A stretch of 64,000 nt of DNA, from NCBI GenBank assembly GCA_004524445.1, contig SDNP01000012.1:1-64000 (forward strand), given 5' to 3'. The notes below the pieces were generated by a model, which ran no database searches, was not told the DNA's origin, and was given only the letters and a program-made list of their open reading frames with translations. This DNA comes from Candidatus Thorarchaeota archaeon (lineage in GTDB: Archaea > Asgardarchaeota > Thorarchaeia > Thorarchaeales > Thorarchaeaceae). This document shows, in pieces, positions 1-9,367 of the stretch. Positions within the stretch are counted from its first letter, which is position 1, and each line of letters begins with the position of its first letter. Made by a program: the position numbers and the translations under genes.

Positions 1-18
1 CAGTAACATAGGAACGTT

Positions 19-834
19 TTGAAAATGATGAGATCGATTGCATTTGGTGATGAGCGACCCTTGATTATGGCCCACCGGGGAGACCCTGTGGCTGCCCCTG
101 AAAATTCTCTACTTTCAATGAGAAAGGCTGTTGAGATCGGCGTAGACTTTCTGGAAACAGATGTTAGAATGACGCGAGACAACCATCTCGTACTATTCCA
201 TGATGAAACGCTCTTGAGAACCACTGGAAGAGAGAGCAAAGTCAAGGAGCTGACTCTTGACGAAATGAAGGAGATTGACCTCGGCGAAACATTCAGTCCC
301 GATGGTAAAAAGTTCCCGTTCCGTGGCAAAGACATTGGGATTGTAACACTAAAGGATGCCTTTGATGCGTTTCCCGATATACCATTCAATCTGGACATAA
401 AAGACAAGGATCCCGTCGCTCCAGAGATGCTAGCATCCATAATCCGGGAGTACGGTCGCCAAGAGAATGTCATTGTTGCCTCTTTTCATGACAAGCAATT
501 AGTTCGTTTCAGGAATTCGATGCCAGAAGTAGCAACATCGGCTTGCCCAGGAGAAATCACCAGATTTGTCTTTGCTCTCAAAATGCGGGTACTGCGCCTA
601 TTCAACCGAGGATGTAAATATGAGGCGTTTCAAGTTCCCCTAAAATACGGCATGATTTCTGTTGTTGATGACAGGTTTCTTCAAGCAGCACATGAGCGTG
701 ATGTGGCGGTTCATGTGTGGACAATCAACGGACGTGAGAAGATGGAAGAACTGATAGACCTCGGAGTAGATGGAATTTTCACTGATGAACCGGCCCTATT
801 GAAGAGCGTACTCTCAGAGAGAGGGATGCTATAG
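19..834 (+). CDS. Glycerophosphodiester phosphodiesterase (GDPD family)
   Basis: AHRG...PENS, ETDV...D...LFHD and VHVWTIN...GVDGIFTD motifs. Confidence 0.93.
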   Translation: MKMMRSIAFGDERPLIMAHRGDPVAAPENSLLSMRKAVEIGVDFLETDVRMTRDNHLVLFHDETLLRTTGRESKVKELTLDEMKEIDLGETFSPDGKKFPFRGKDIGIVTLKDAFDAFPDIPFNLDIKDKDPVAPEMLASIIREYGRQENVIVASFHDKQLVRFRNSMPEVATSACPGEITRFVFALKMRVLRLFNRGCKYEAFQVPLKYGMISVVDDRFLQAAHERDVAVHVWTINGREKMEELIDLGVDGIFTDEPALLKSVLSERGML

Positions 835-961
835 TTCATTTGCCAATCAGTCACGTAAGGTAAGCGAAATAGCTTAATATGGGGAGAACGGAATCATCGA
901 TTAGGACCCGCCACATTAACACCCATTGTGCAGGGTTCAACGTAAACAGGTGAATCACAAG

Positions 962-1093
962 ATGACATGCCCAGAATTCAACGAAAAAGACAACACATGT
1001 GGGGTAGATGACTTCAAATTCTATGAAGGAATGCGCAAGCCCTGTGAAACTCCTGGTATGACCAAAGACAAATGTCCGCGCTTCATGCAATAG
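962..1093 (+). CDS. Small four-Cys protein (43 aa), below the ORF-track cutoff
   Basis: ATG962..TAG1093 encodes MTCPEFNEKDNTCGVDDFKFYEGMRKPCETPGMTKDKCPRFMQ; AGGTGA RBS at 948-953; TATA-like CTTAATAT at about 873. Confidence 0.65.
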   Translation: MTCPEFNEKDNTCGVDDFKFYEGMRKPCETPGMTKDKCPRFMQ

Positions 1094-1185
1094 CTAGCTA
1101 ATGTGGAGCCTTCTTTAGCAGGCATTCACTTGATGCGAGCTTTTCTCTTTGGGGAGGAGGAACAGTGCTCCATAAGAAACAATGC

Positions 1186-1234
1186 GCCTTAGTCTAGGAC
1201 TGAGCCCGCACTAAGACCGGGCTTCTCAGTCCCC
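1186..1234 (-). ncRNA. Putative structured RNA (hairpin with H-type pseudoknot)
   Basis: 12-bp stem GGACTGA-GCCCG / CGGGC-TCAGTCC with a 3-nt bulge; on the minus strand the loop GTCTTAGT pairs with downstream ACTAAGGC. Confidence 0.35.
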
Positions 1235-1351
1235 TTTATCATGATAGAACTCTCATTTTCCAAGAAAATAACATATTTGCATGGAAAAAGGAAACGGCAA
1301 CAGTTATCAACATGCAGATACGGAATGTTGTTCACAGATGGTGGCAAGGAA

Positions 1352-1618
1352 ATGGTCAAAGCGTATATCCTTATCAAAACAGAGAGTGGGCGGGAAGATA
1401 GCGTCCTACGAGAGATTCTAGAACTCTCTGTGACTGAAGAAGCACACAAGGTCTTCGGTGCTTTTGATATCATAGCGGAGGTTAGAGGTAGAGATATGGA
1501 GACTTTGGTTGAGGTTATTACTGGCAAAATTAGAACTATATCAGGAACTGTTGATACTCAATCATTGATGGCCATAGATGTCGAGCTCGATATGGTTTCA
1601 ACTAGCCTTGCAAATTGA
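1352..1618 (+). CDS. Lrp/AsnC ligand-binding (RAM) domain protein, stand-alone
   Basis: MVKAYILIKTESG...VFGAFDIIAEV...IRTISGTVDTQS pattern, no HTH; start moved to ATG1352. Confidence 0.85.
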   Translation: MVKAYILIKTESGREDSVLREILELSVTEEAHKVFGAFDIIAEVRGRDMETLVEVITGKIRTISGTVDTQSLMAIDVELDMVSTSLAN

Positions 1619-1713
1619 TCGGTTCGATCACACTAAGCTTCGAGTCTGTCCAAACATCAGTTAAAAAGGACCTCTGGAATAATGAATTGGAGAAAAAATA
1701 GGAGGTAATTCAT

Positions 1714-2550
1714 ATTCCTATCAAGAAGTTATCTAGAAAGCCCTTCGCAGTAATGCTTCAAGATGATTCTGGCGAGCTATCCCCAGTAAAGCTTGACATC
1801 GACTTTGTAAATAGTAGAAATGCGCTAATAGTTTTAGATGAAAACTCTGATACCTGTTGGGTATGGATTGGGAGAGATGTTGGTATGCCAACGCGGATGC
1901 ACGCCCTAAGAATGAGCAAAAGCGTGCAGAAATCTGGATATCCTATTGGAGAAACTACAATTGGCATGGCCACAGAGAACTTAGTCGAGATAATGGAAAG
2001 AGATGCTAACGTTCCAGAGGTGTCCGAAAAAATAGCCCGGTTCAAGCAGGTAATAGGAGGAAATTGGAAGTTCGAAGACCAATTTCTTGCGTATAGGGCA
2101 GAAAAAGCCAAAGAATTCGAAGCCAGTGCTCCTAAAATTGTTGATAAAGGTCCGGAACCGGAAGAGGAATCACAGGAAACAGAACCGACTACTGCTTCAT
2201 CAGCTCCTCCGCCAGCACCGCCGCCAAGACAAGTCATCGCAGAAACTGCAGAGGAACCTTCACCTCCGCCCGAACGCACGGAGAAAGAAATCTCAGCGAG
2301 TATCACATCGATTGCTGAACAAAAGGCAGCACTGCTCCTATATTCGGCTGTTAAGAATACCGAGCTTGTTTATGCAGAACGCTTTGAACGCGACGGTAAT
2401 ATGGGCCTAAAAATTGAAGCCCCCGGGGTGATGGTCATAGAAGCTACCTTGGAGGGTGAAGATCTTTCCATAAATCCCCCTGATTTCGGACAATCTGAAG
2501 GTGCAAGACAAATCAAGAGGACATACGAAGCCTGGTCGGATATGCTATAG
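1714..2550 (+). CDS. Gelsolin-like domain protein with Pro-rich linker and C-terminal domain
   Basis: NSRNALIVLDE...CWVWIG resembles the gelsolin core; PPPAPPP linker; AGGAGGT RBS at 1700-1706 points to ATT1714 (first ATG is 1753). Confidence 0.65.
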   Translation: MPIKKLSRKPFAVMLQDDSGELSPVKLDIDFVNSRNALIVLDENSDTCWVWIGRDVGMPTRMHALRMSKSVQKSGYPIGETTIGMATENLVEIMERDANVPEVSEKIARFKQVIGGNWKFEDQFLAYRAEKAKEFEASAPKIVDKGPEPEEESQETEPTTASSAPPPAPPPRQVIAETAEEPSPPPERTEKEISASITSIAEQKAALLLYSAVKNTELVYAERFERDGNMGLKIEAPGVMVIEATLEGEDLSINPPDFGQSEGARQIKRTYEAWSDML

Positions 2551-2605
2551 AAAGCAAGAGAGGAAAGCGTAAATCACCAGACATTTGTCGGTGGTTACGG
2601 TTACC

Positions 2606-3361
2606 TTATTCGCGTATTCTATACCAATATTCATACAAACTTTCGAAGCCTAATTGCTGGTAGAGCGTCAAAGCAGGATAATTTTCAGTTTCTACTTGAA
2701 GATAGGCTTTTGAAGCGCCCAGTGTTTGTGCCCAAGACAGCAGGCGGTAGCTCACAGCTGTACCAGCACCACTCCTTCGATGTTTAGGAATTGTTGCAAT
2801 ATTGAAGAGACCACACCATTCGTCGCTCTGGACGCCAAGGCCTACTGCAACCAATTTGTCATTAATACTTGCTGTACCGAAGGCTTTTGGTAATGATGAT
2901 CTTATCATTAATGATCTTCTTATCATCATTGACTCCGTTTTGTAGCCCGACCCCAATTCATAGGCTTTCATCCATTCGTCTGTAGGAGCACCGAGAATCT
3001 CCGTTTCAATTGATTGATCTCTTTGAGAAATATCTGAAATTCGCCCAGTCTGAACGTAAACTGGAAAGCGCTTGGCAAATCCCTGCTTTTCGAGAGTATT
3101 GTCGAGGGCATTCGGAACACTGTATTGAGTCATCTGGAAAAGAACGGGAGTGTCTCGTTCCTTATAGAAATTGACAACATGATTGATTGCATTTTCCATG
3201 TTGGATTCCTTTGGAGGGCCGATTGGTAAGACGCTATTGGCTCTACGAGTCACACCACCGTTAAAACGCAGATACCAGTTGCCAAATTGCTCAACCTCCT
3301 TTGGCATCCATGATTGGTAGCCGATGTATTCCAACCGCTTAGAAAGCTGCTTTGTATTCAA
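2606..3361 (-). CDS. GNAT family N-acetyltransferase
   Basis: IAT.PKHRRSGAG acetyl-CoA motif; AYLQVETENYPALTLYQQLGF. Confidence 0.9.
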   Translation of the reverse strand: MNTKQLSKRLEYIGYQSWMPKEVEQFGNWYLRFNGGVTRRANSVLPIGPPKESNMENAINHVVNFYKERDTPVLFQMTQYSVPNALDNTLEKQGFAKRFPVYVQTGRISDISQRDQSIETEILGAPTDEWMKAYELGSGYKTESMMIRRSLMIRSSLPKAFGTASINDKLVAVGLGVQSDEWCGLFNIATIPKHRRSGAGTAVSYRLLSWAQTLGASKAYLQVETENYPALTLYQQLGFESLYEYWYRIRE

Positions 3362-3476
3362 TGTAAGCTTCCCAAGGCCAACACTCCTTAAAGCCTATGT
3401 GAGTCAATCCAATAGACCTTTAGAGGAGCATTCAACCCGTTCTTCTTACCATCAATATAATGAGTGTGACTTTGTG

Positions 3477-4415
3477 ATGAGTCAACTTCGCTGGAATTCA
3501 ATGCTTGGAGAATGGGTAATTGTTACCCCGAAACGTGCAGACAGACCATTTCAGGAACAGGCCAAAGAATGCCCCTTCTGTCCCGGACAGAGTGAAACGG
3601 AAGGAGAATGGGACGTTTTAACGCTTGATAACAAGTACGCCGCCTTGCAAGCAGAGCAGCAGCCAATCGATATTGACCACGAGTTGGTAATTGGAGCACC
3701 AGCACACGGCTTTTGCAAAGTCATAATACAATCGCGGGACCACAACGAGCAATTCGAGAACATGAAGGACTCACAGTTGAATAAGGTAATGGGCGAGTAT
3801 CTGAGAGTAACTGAGGAACTCCAAGAGCAGAGGGGAGTTGAATACATAATGCTATTCGAGAACCGAGGAAAAGCCATTGGTGTGAGTCTTAATCACCCTC
3901 ATTCACAGGTCTATGCACTCCCATTTGTCCCACCTCGTGTCGAAAGAGAACTTACCCAATTCAAGAAACACAGGCAAAAATATGGAAATTGTCTGCTTTG
4001 CGAAACAATTGAGAACGAGATGAAATCAAAAGAACGCATTATTCGAGAAGAAGATGATTTCATTTCACTCGTTCCCTACGGTGCAAGGCTACCTTATGAA
4101 GTCCATATCTACCCAAGGAATCACATTTCGAACCTTCTAGAACTAAAAGGTAGTTTACAACAGCTTGGCAGCATGATTAGAGATGTCACGAGAAGGTACT
4201 CCAATGTCTTTCAAGAAACAGCGTATGTAATGGTCTTTCATGACAGCCCCTCCAATGGCAAACGAAAAGACTGGCATTTTCATGTAGAATTTTATCCTCC
4301 ATGGCGTGATAGTTCGAGAAGAAAATACATTGCAGGGATTGAACAAGGCGGATGGACATATACGAATGATTCCAGCCCAGAGGAAAAGGCGAAAGAATTG
4401 AGGATGGCGCTATAA
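3477..4415 (+). CDS. galT: Galactose-1-phosphate uridylyltransferase
   Basis: MSQLRWN...GEWV, CPFCPG, FENRG...GVSLNHPHSQ catalytic HxHxQ; start moved to ATG3477. Confidence 0.95.
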   Translation: MSQLRWNSMLGEWVIVTPKRADRPFQEQAKECPFCPGQSETEGEWDVLTLDNKYAALQAEQQPIDIDHELVIGAPAHGFCKVIIQSRDHNEQFENMKDSQLNKVMGEYLRVTEELQEQRGVEYIMLFENRGKAIGVSLNHPHSQVYALPFVPPRVERELTQFKKHRQKYGNCLLCETIENEMKSKERIIREEDDFISLVPYGARLPYEVHIYPRNHISNLLELKGSLQQLGSMIRDVTRRYSNVFQETAYVMVFHDSPSNGKRKDWHFHVEFYPPWRDSSRRKYIAGIEQGGWTYTNDSSPEEKAKELRMAL

Positions 4416-5572
4416 TGGAAATACCTGCAGGAATGGATGATGCACTTAGCAGCTTGAGGACCACTACAAAGGGAGATCGCATTCTCTCAAGAGCGCCAGG
4501 TAGGGTTGAAGTCCTTGGTAACCACACAGACTACAATGGCGGGATGGTATTAGCCGCAACTATAGATAATTTCGTTTGGAGCCTAGGTGTACCATCAAAT
4601 GATGTCCGGCTATACTCAATGGATTATGACCAAAGTATTGTGTTCAATAAGACAGATATTCAGCGCATGAATAGCCTGTCATGGGAAACCTATGCCAGAG
4701 GCATTTATTGGGCAATGAGGAGAAGAAAGAGGAACGTCAAAGGAGTAACGGCAGTCATCTATGGGAACGTTCCTCAGGAGAGTGGATTGAGTTCTTCTGC
4801 AGCCTTGGAAGTCTCATTGGTTAATCTCATTCTTGAAGCCAGTGGCCTGAAGATTCCTCAGAAGGCAAAGGCCATGCTGGCATATGAGGCGGAAAGGCTG
4901 TTCTGCGGGGTATCATGTGGAATCATGGATCAGTTTACTTCGCAGCTCGGAAAGCCCAATACATTGCTATCGATAAACTGCGGCAATATGGTCACAAGAG
5001 ATGTCGATTTCTCTCCCAATCTCCGATTGGTGACTATCGATTCAAAGGTTTCAAGACCGGCAAAAGCAGCATTGAATGAGAGACGTAAAGAGTGTCAGGT
5101 GGCTCTAAAACAATTGAGAGCTGCAGGATGGGACATCGGCAAGATTAGTGATATCAATCCGGCATATCTGGACCAGATTTCGGATACACTAGAGCCCCTC
5201 TTGGAAAAAAGAGTACGGCATGTTGTCAATGAAAATATCCGAGTGAAAGAAGGAATAACTGCCCTGAGGAGTGATGACTACAAGAGATTTGGTCAACTCA
5301 TGTATGAGTCTCATCAGAGCTCAAAGAACCTCTACGAGGTCTCTCATCCTAGACTCGATTTGCTCGTAGAAATCGCATCTGAGAAGAAGGGAGTTATCGG
5401 CAGTCGATTGACAGGAGCCGGATTGGGCGGATCGGTTCTTGTTATCGTCGATGAACAGAAAGCGGCAATGGTTGCAGATGATATTCTACAAGACTACCAG
5501 AAGGAAAGCGGGATAGAATCAAAGGCCAGGATATCAAGCATTCCCGGAGGAGTCCTTGTCGAACGGGTCTAG
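4415..5572 (+). CDS. galK: Galactokinase
   Basis: APGRVEVLGNHTDYNGG, GLSSSAALE, CGIMDQ, GSRLTGAGLGG; stop/start overlap with galT. Confidence 0.93.
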   Translation: MEIPAGMDDALSSLRTTTKGDRILSRAPGRVEVLGNHTDYNGGMVLAATIDNFVWSLGVPSNDVRLYSMDYDQSIVFNKTDIQRMNSLSWETYARGIYWAMRRRKRNVKGVTAVIYGNVPQESGLSSSAALEVSLVNLILEASGLKIPQKAKAMLAYEAERLFCGVSCGIMDQFTSQLGKPNTLLSINCGNMVTRDVDFSPNLRLVTIDSKVSRPAKAALNERRKECQVALKQLRAAGWDIGKISDINPAYLDQISDTLEPLLEKRVRHVVNENIRVKEGITALRSDDYKRFGQLMYESHQSSKNLYEVSHPRLDLLVEIASEKKGVIGSRLTGAGLGGSVLVIVDEQKAAMVADDILQDYQKESGIESKARISSIPGGVLVERV

Positions 5573-5638
5573 AAGGGCAAAACTAACCAAGGCAAACAAT
5601 TCATATTGTAGCCGGACTGCGTAGATATCATCTAATCT

Positions 5639-8593
5639 ATGTGGGTGCTAGCTGTGAATATTGACGAACTCAAAGCTCTCGTTATTAGTGAAACTCATTG
5701 GGACAGAGCCTGGTATATGACCTTTCAGCAATTCAGATTGAAATTGGTCAAACTCGTAGACAAGCTTCTGCCAATATTGGAGAATGATTCGAGATTTTCA
5801 CATTTCACCTTTGATGGTCAGACAGTGGTTCTAGAGGATTATCTGGAGGTAAAACCTCAGAAACGAGAGGCGCTAACTGAGTTAATTCAAGATGGTAGAA
5901 TCTTGATTGGGCCTTGGTATGTCTTGCCTGATATCTTCCTAGTGTCAGGAGAAGCACTGCTTAGGAATTTGTGCCAGGGGAAACAAGTAGGCGAAGAATT
6001 TGGCCCGGTCATGAAAGTGGGATACATACCTGATCCTTTTGGACATGTAAGCCAAATACCATTAATCCTACACCAATTCAGGATAGATTCCGTCATCTTT
6101 GCTAGAGGTACAGGAGAAGAGAGTGAAGAGCTCGGCTCTGAATTCATATGGCAAGCAAGTGATGGCACAGAGGTTGTTGCCCACTGGCTGCCACTCTCTT
6201 ATGGTAATATCGCAGAACTACCACAGGATGTTGATGATGCAGTTTCGGTCATAGAGGGAGTCATAGACCAACTGGAGCCATGGTCAAAGACGGATTTGCT
6301 GCTTCTAATGAATGGCTCAGACCACGTAGAACCGCAATCTCATCTTCCTGATGTCATTGAACAGTATAATTCCCTGCATGAACAACCCATTCAAATAGGA
6401 ACATTACCCATGTTTGTCGATCATATCCAGAAGCGCAGAGATGACTTGAAGACATTCCAGGGTGAGTTCCGTCGCTCTAAATATCATAACATACTATCTG
6501 GGGTCTACTCAACGAGAGTATATCTCAAACAGTCGAATGAATACTGCCAACGATTGCTAGAAAGAGTGGTTGAGCCGTGGTGTGCCGCAGCAAGCTCAAC
6601 GGGTTTTAGATACCCAAATGATGAAATCAGGCTAGCATGGAAATATCTTCTCAGAAACCATCCCCACGATGATATTTGCGGTTGTAGTATTGACGAAGTC
6701 CATGAGGATATGATGGAACGATTTCGATGGGTACAAGAGATTGGACATGAGGTAGTAGATGACGCCTATGAATATACCGTACAGAAACATAGGACAAATG
6801 AGCCAGGCGTACTAATTCTGAATCCCCTACCGTATGAGAGAACAGGGGTTGCCATTTTTGATTTTCCAGCCTCAGATATCAGATTTGCCACAATAGCGGA
6901 TGTCAAACTGAAAGATCCCGCGTTGAAACCACAAACACCACTTGAAGCCGCCAAGAACGAGATTCACATCGCATTTGTTAAATCACAAGGCTTTGATCCA
7001 ACTCCCTCATCTACAAGAGTAATCGAGAAGAATGGAGTTAAGCTGACTGAATTTGAATTCGATTTCACCGGGTTGCTTTCTTTGTTCCCGCAGCTTCAAG
7101 ATTCTCTTAGACATTTGTCATCGGTATATAGAGTTCGTGTAAATGAACAAAATCGTATTGTACAGGTATTAGCTCGGAAATTTGATGCAGAGGATGTCGT
7201 ATCAGGCTATCTAATGCTGTCTGATGAAAACGGAACTCCGTACCCGGCCCAACTCTTAGATATCGAGTATCGACCTGATGAAGATGCACGACTCGTTTCC
7301 GATCAGGAGGAGTTTCTCAAATTTGCCATTCAAGTGCATGAAGCTCCAGCACTCGGAACAAAACGATTGGACCTGCAGATAGAAGAAGAGGCCACAGAAG
7401 CGCCTTCTGAGGGCAGCGTTGAGTGCGAGGCAAATACACTCGAAAATAATCTAGTGCGGGTTGAGGTTGGAAAGAATGGAACCATATTGCTCAAGGATAA
7501 ACGGACTGGAGAAGAGTATAGCGGATTATTGGAATTTGAAGACACAGGTGATGTTGGTGATGAATACGACTACAGTCCGCCACCCGATCAAGTCGTTGTT
7601 CGTTCATCTGATATTGATGTTGCCATAGAACCAGGCTACCAAGGACCCCTAGTGGGATCCCTCCTAATTCACGGCTCTCTTGATATCCCGATTCAAGCAA
7701 CTCCTAATCTTCGCACACGGTCAGACGAATATACAAGCTGTGAATTTACAACGGAGGTCACCCTCTATGCAAATAATCCCACCATGGAGGTTGTCACAGT
7801 GTTCCAGAACTTCGCGGAAGATCATCGGCTACGGGTCTTACTTCCAACAGGTACCGGTGCAGAAACATGTACAGCCGACAGTGCATTCGATTTGATAACG
7901 CGGCCGATTCGCCCGCAAGAACATGACGACTGGTACCAGCCCGTTGCACCCACGTACCCTATGAGAAGCTTTGTCACCATGGGGAAAGGCAACCGAGGTT
8001 TGACTGTCACAACAAGAGGACTACTGGAATTCGAAGTGCTTGAGGAGCAAGAGAGTACTATAGCAGTAACGCTTCTACGGTCAGTTGGCTGGTTGTCCAG
8101 AATGGGAATGAAAACAAGACGAGATGCAGCGGGGCCAGTCCTTGAAACCCCAGATGCGCAATGTCTTGGCACGAATATCTTTGAATTCGCAGTTACTCCC
8201 CGGGGACAAAATCAAGATATGGTTTCTGTATACGAAGACTCTGAGCAGTACCTAGTTCCGCTTGATACCGCATTTGTACCAAAATTGCAGCAAGGGTCAG
8301 AGGGCGTTTATAGATCAACCAATTTGAATATCACGCCAAAAGCGGCCAGACTGTCGGCATTCAAACAGTCCGAAGATGGAAACCACCTCGTTATCCGGGT
8401 TTGGAATGTATCTGAGGAAACGCTAGATTGCGAGGTCGAACTGGGTTTTGATGTAGACGAAGCAATTCCAGCCAGAGCAGATGAAGAGCTGGATTCTTCA
8501 TTCAAGGTCACGCTAACACATCGCTCAAAGTTTAAGATGCAGATTCCTGGTAGGGGAATGAGAACAGTCCTGTTGAAGCCAACTGAAGCCTAA
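5639..8593 (+). CDS. Alpha-mannosidase, glycoside hydrolase family 38
   Basis: THWDRAWY, FDGQ, GPWY.LPD, GYIPDPFGH nucleophile region, NGSDH, HPHDDICGCS. Confidence 0.93.
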   Translation: MWVLAVNIDELKALVISETHWDRAWYMTFQQFRLKLVKLVDKLLPILENDSRFSHFTFDGQTVVLEDYLEVKPQKREALTELIQDGRILIGPWYVLPDIFLVSGEALLRNLCQGKQVGEEFGPVMKVGYIPDPFGHVSQIPLILHQFRIDSVIFARGTGEESEELGSEFIWQASDGTEVVAHWLPLSYGNIAELPQDVDDAVSVIEGVIDQLEPWSKTDLLLLMNGSDHVEPQSHLPDVIEQYNSLHEQPIQIGTLPMFVDHIQKRRDDLKTFQGEFRRSKYHNILSGVYSTRVYLKQSNEYCQRLLERVVEPWCAAASSTGFRYPNDEIRLAWKYLLRNHPHDDICGCSIDEVHEDMMERFRWVQEIGHEVVDDAYEYTVQKHRTNEPGVLILNPLPYERTGVAIFDFPASDIRFATIADVKLKDPALKPQTPLEAAKNEIHIAFVKSQGFDPTPSSTRVIEKNGVKLTEFEFDFTGLLSLFPQLQDSLRHLSSVYRVRVNEQNRIVQVLARKFDAEDVVSGYLMLSDENGTPYPAQLLDIEYRPDEDARLVSDQEEFLKFAIQVHEAPALGTKRLDLQIEEEATEAPSEGSVECEANTLENNLVRVEVGKNGTILLKDKRTGEEYSGLLEFEDTGDVGDEYDYSPPPDQVVVRSSDIDVAIEPGYQGPLVGSLLIHGSLDIPIQATPNLRTRSDEYTSCEFTTEVTLYANNPTMEVVTVFQNFAEDHRLRVLLPTGTGAETCTADSAFDLITRPIRPQEHDDWYQPVAPTYPMRSFVTMGKGNRGLTVTTRGLLEFEVLEEQESTIAVTLLRSVGWLSRMGMKTRRDAAGPVLETPDAQCLGTNIFEFAVTPRGQNQDMVSVYEDSEQYLVPLDTAFVPKLQQGSEGVYRSTNLNITPKAARLSAFKQSEDGNHLVIRVWNVSEETLDCEVELGFDVDEAIPARADEELDSSFKVTLTHRSKFKMQIPGRGMRTVLLKPTEA

Positions 8594-8624
8594 TCATTAT
8601 CCTTACGGCTGGGAGAGAAGAATC

Positions 8625-9347
8625 ATGGAATCTGAAGGAAAGGAGCGAGGTTGTGTTGTTGAGGAACACGCCCCAATTCTGCACTTTCATCCTCGTGAGG
8701 GAGAGTTCTGCTGTTACCCATCAGATGCAGAGGAAGTATATTCCAAGTTTCACCAAAGATGGGATGAATTCAATAGAGATGTCAGTCCAAGTCAACTTAA
8801 CCAAGCCACACCCTGCTACTATGAGCTCTGGCAAGACGAATCAATGACGCAGATTCGGTATTGGATATGGTACAACTACAATAGATTTCCAGGGGCGCCC
8901 TTTGGTCTGGGAGACCATATTGGAGACTGGGAGCATGTTGAAGTCAGAATCTATCACAAACAGCATCGCGGAACACTATGGTTGCTTTCCAATCATCTTG
9001 ACTATAGACTTGCTGCAATACCCGAGGGGTTTACCCTTCCTCAGCGGAAGTCCCGTACTCCAATATTGGATAAAAATCACATCCATGTTTGGTCAGCATT
9101 GGGGTCACATGCGCATTATACATCACCAGATAGCGAACCACGGTGCTATGCCCGTATTCTATGTGACAAAGTCAAGGATGGGGGAGAGATTTGGAATACA
9201 TGGCATACTCTGAAGCCACTGGGTAAAACAAATTTCCATACCTTTACCGGAAGGTGGGGTAACAGTGGATCACCAAGGAGTCCATCTAACCCGTACAACA
9301 ACCGGTGGCGAAATGCACCAAATTTGGTCCCGGAATACACAGAATAA
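8625..9347 (+). CDS. Vps62-like protein
   Basis: HAPILHFHP.E...YPSD, IRYWIWYNYN, HIGDWEHVEVR, SALGSHAHY, FTGRWG...PRSP. Confidence 0.7.
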   Translation: MESEGKERGCVVEEHAPILHFHPREGEFCCYPSDAEEVYSKFHQRWDEFNRDVSPSQLNQATPCYYELWQDESMTQIRYWIWYNYNRFPGAPFGLGDHIGDWEHVEVRIYHKQHRGTLWLLSNHLDYRLAAIPEGFTLPQRKSRTPILDKNHIHVWSALGSHAHYTSPDSEPRCYARILCDKVKDGGEIWNTWHTLKPLGKTNFHTFTGRWGNSGSPRSPSNPYNNRWRNAPNLVPEYTE

Positions 9348-9367
9348 CCCGTAATGATTGCCCATTA

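Noticed and set aside
851-1090. 79-aa minus-strand ORF
   Set aside because: Antisense shadow of the RBS-supported 962-1093 ORF
1197-1234. Hairpin as a SECIS element or TPP riboswitch (GAA bulge; GGGG..CTGAGA..CCC)
   Set aside because: No in-frame-TGA gene upstream on that strand, and the TPP P4/P5 consensus is missing
2568-2599. Hairpin CGTAA-TCACC...GGTGG-TTACG as an ncRNA
   Set aside because: Lies between convergent genes; most simply a 3'-end/terminator structure
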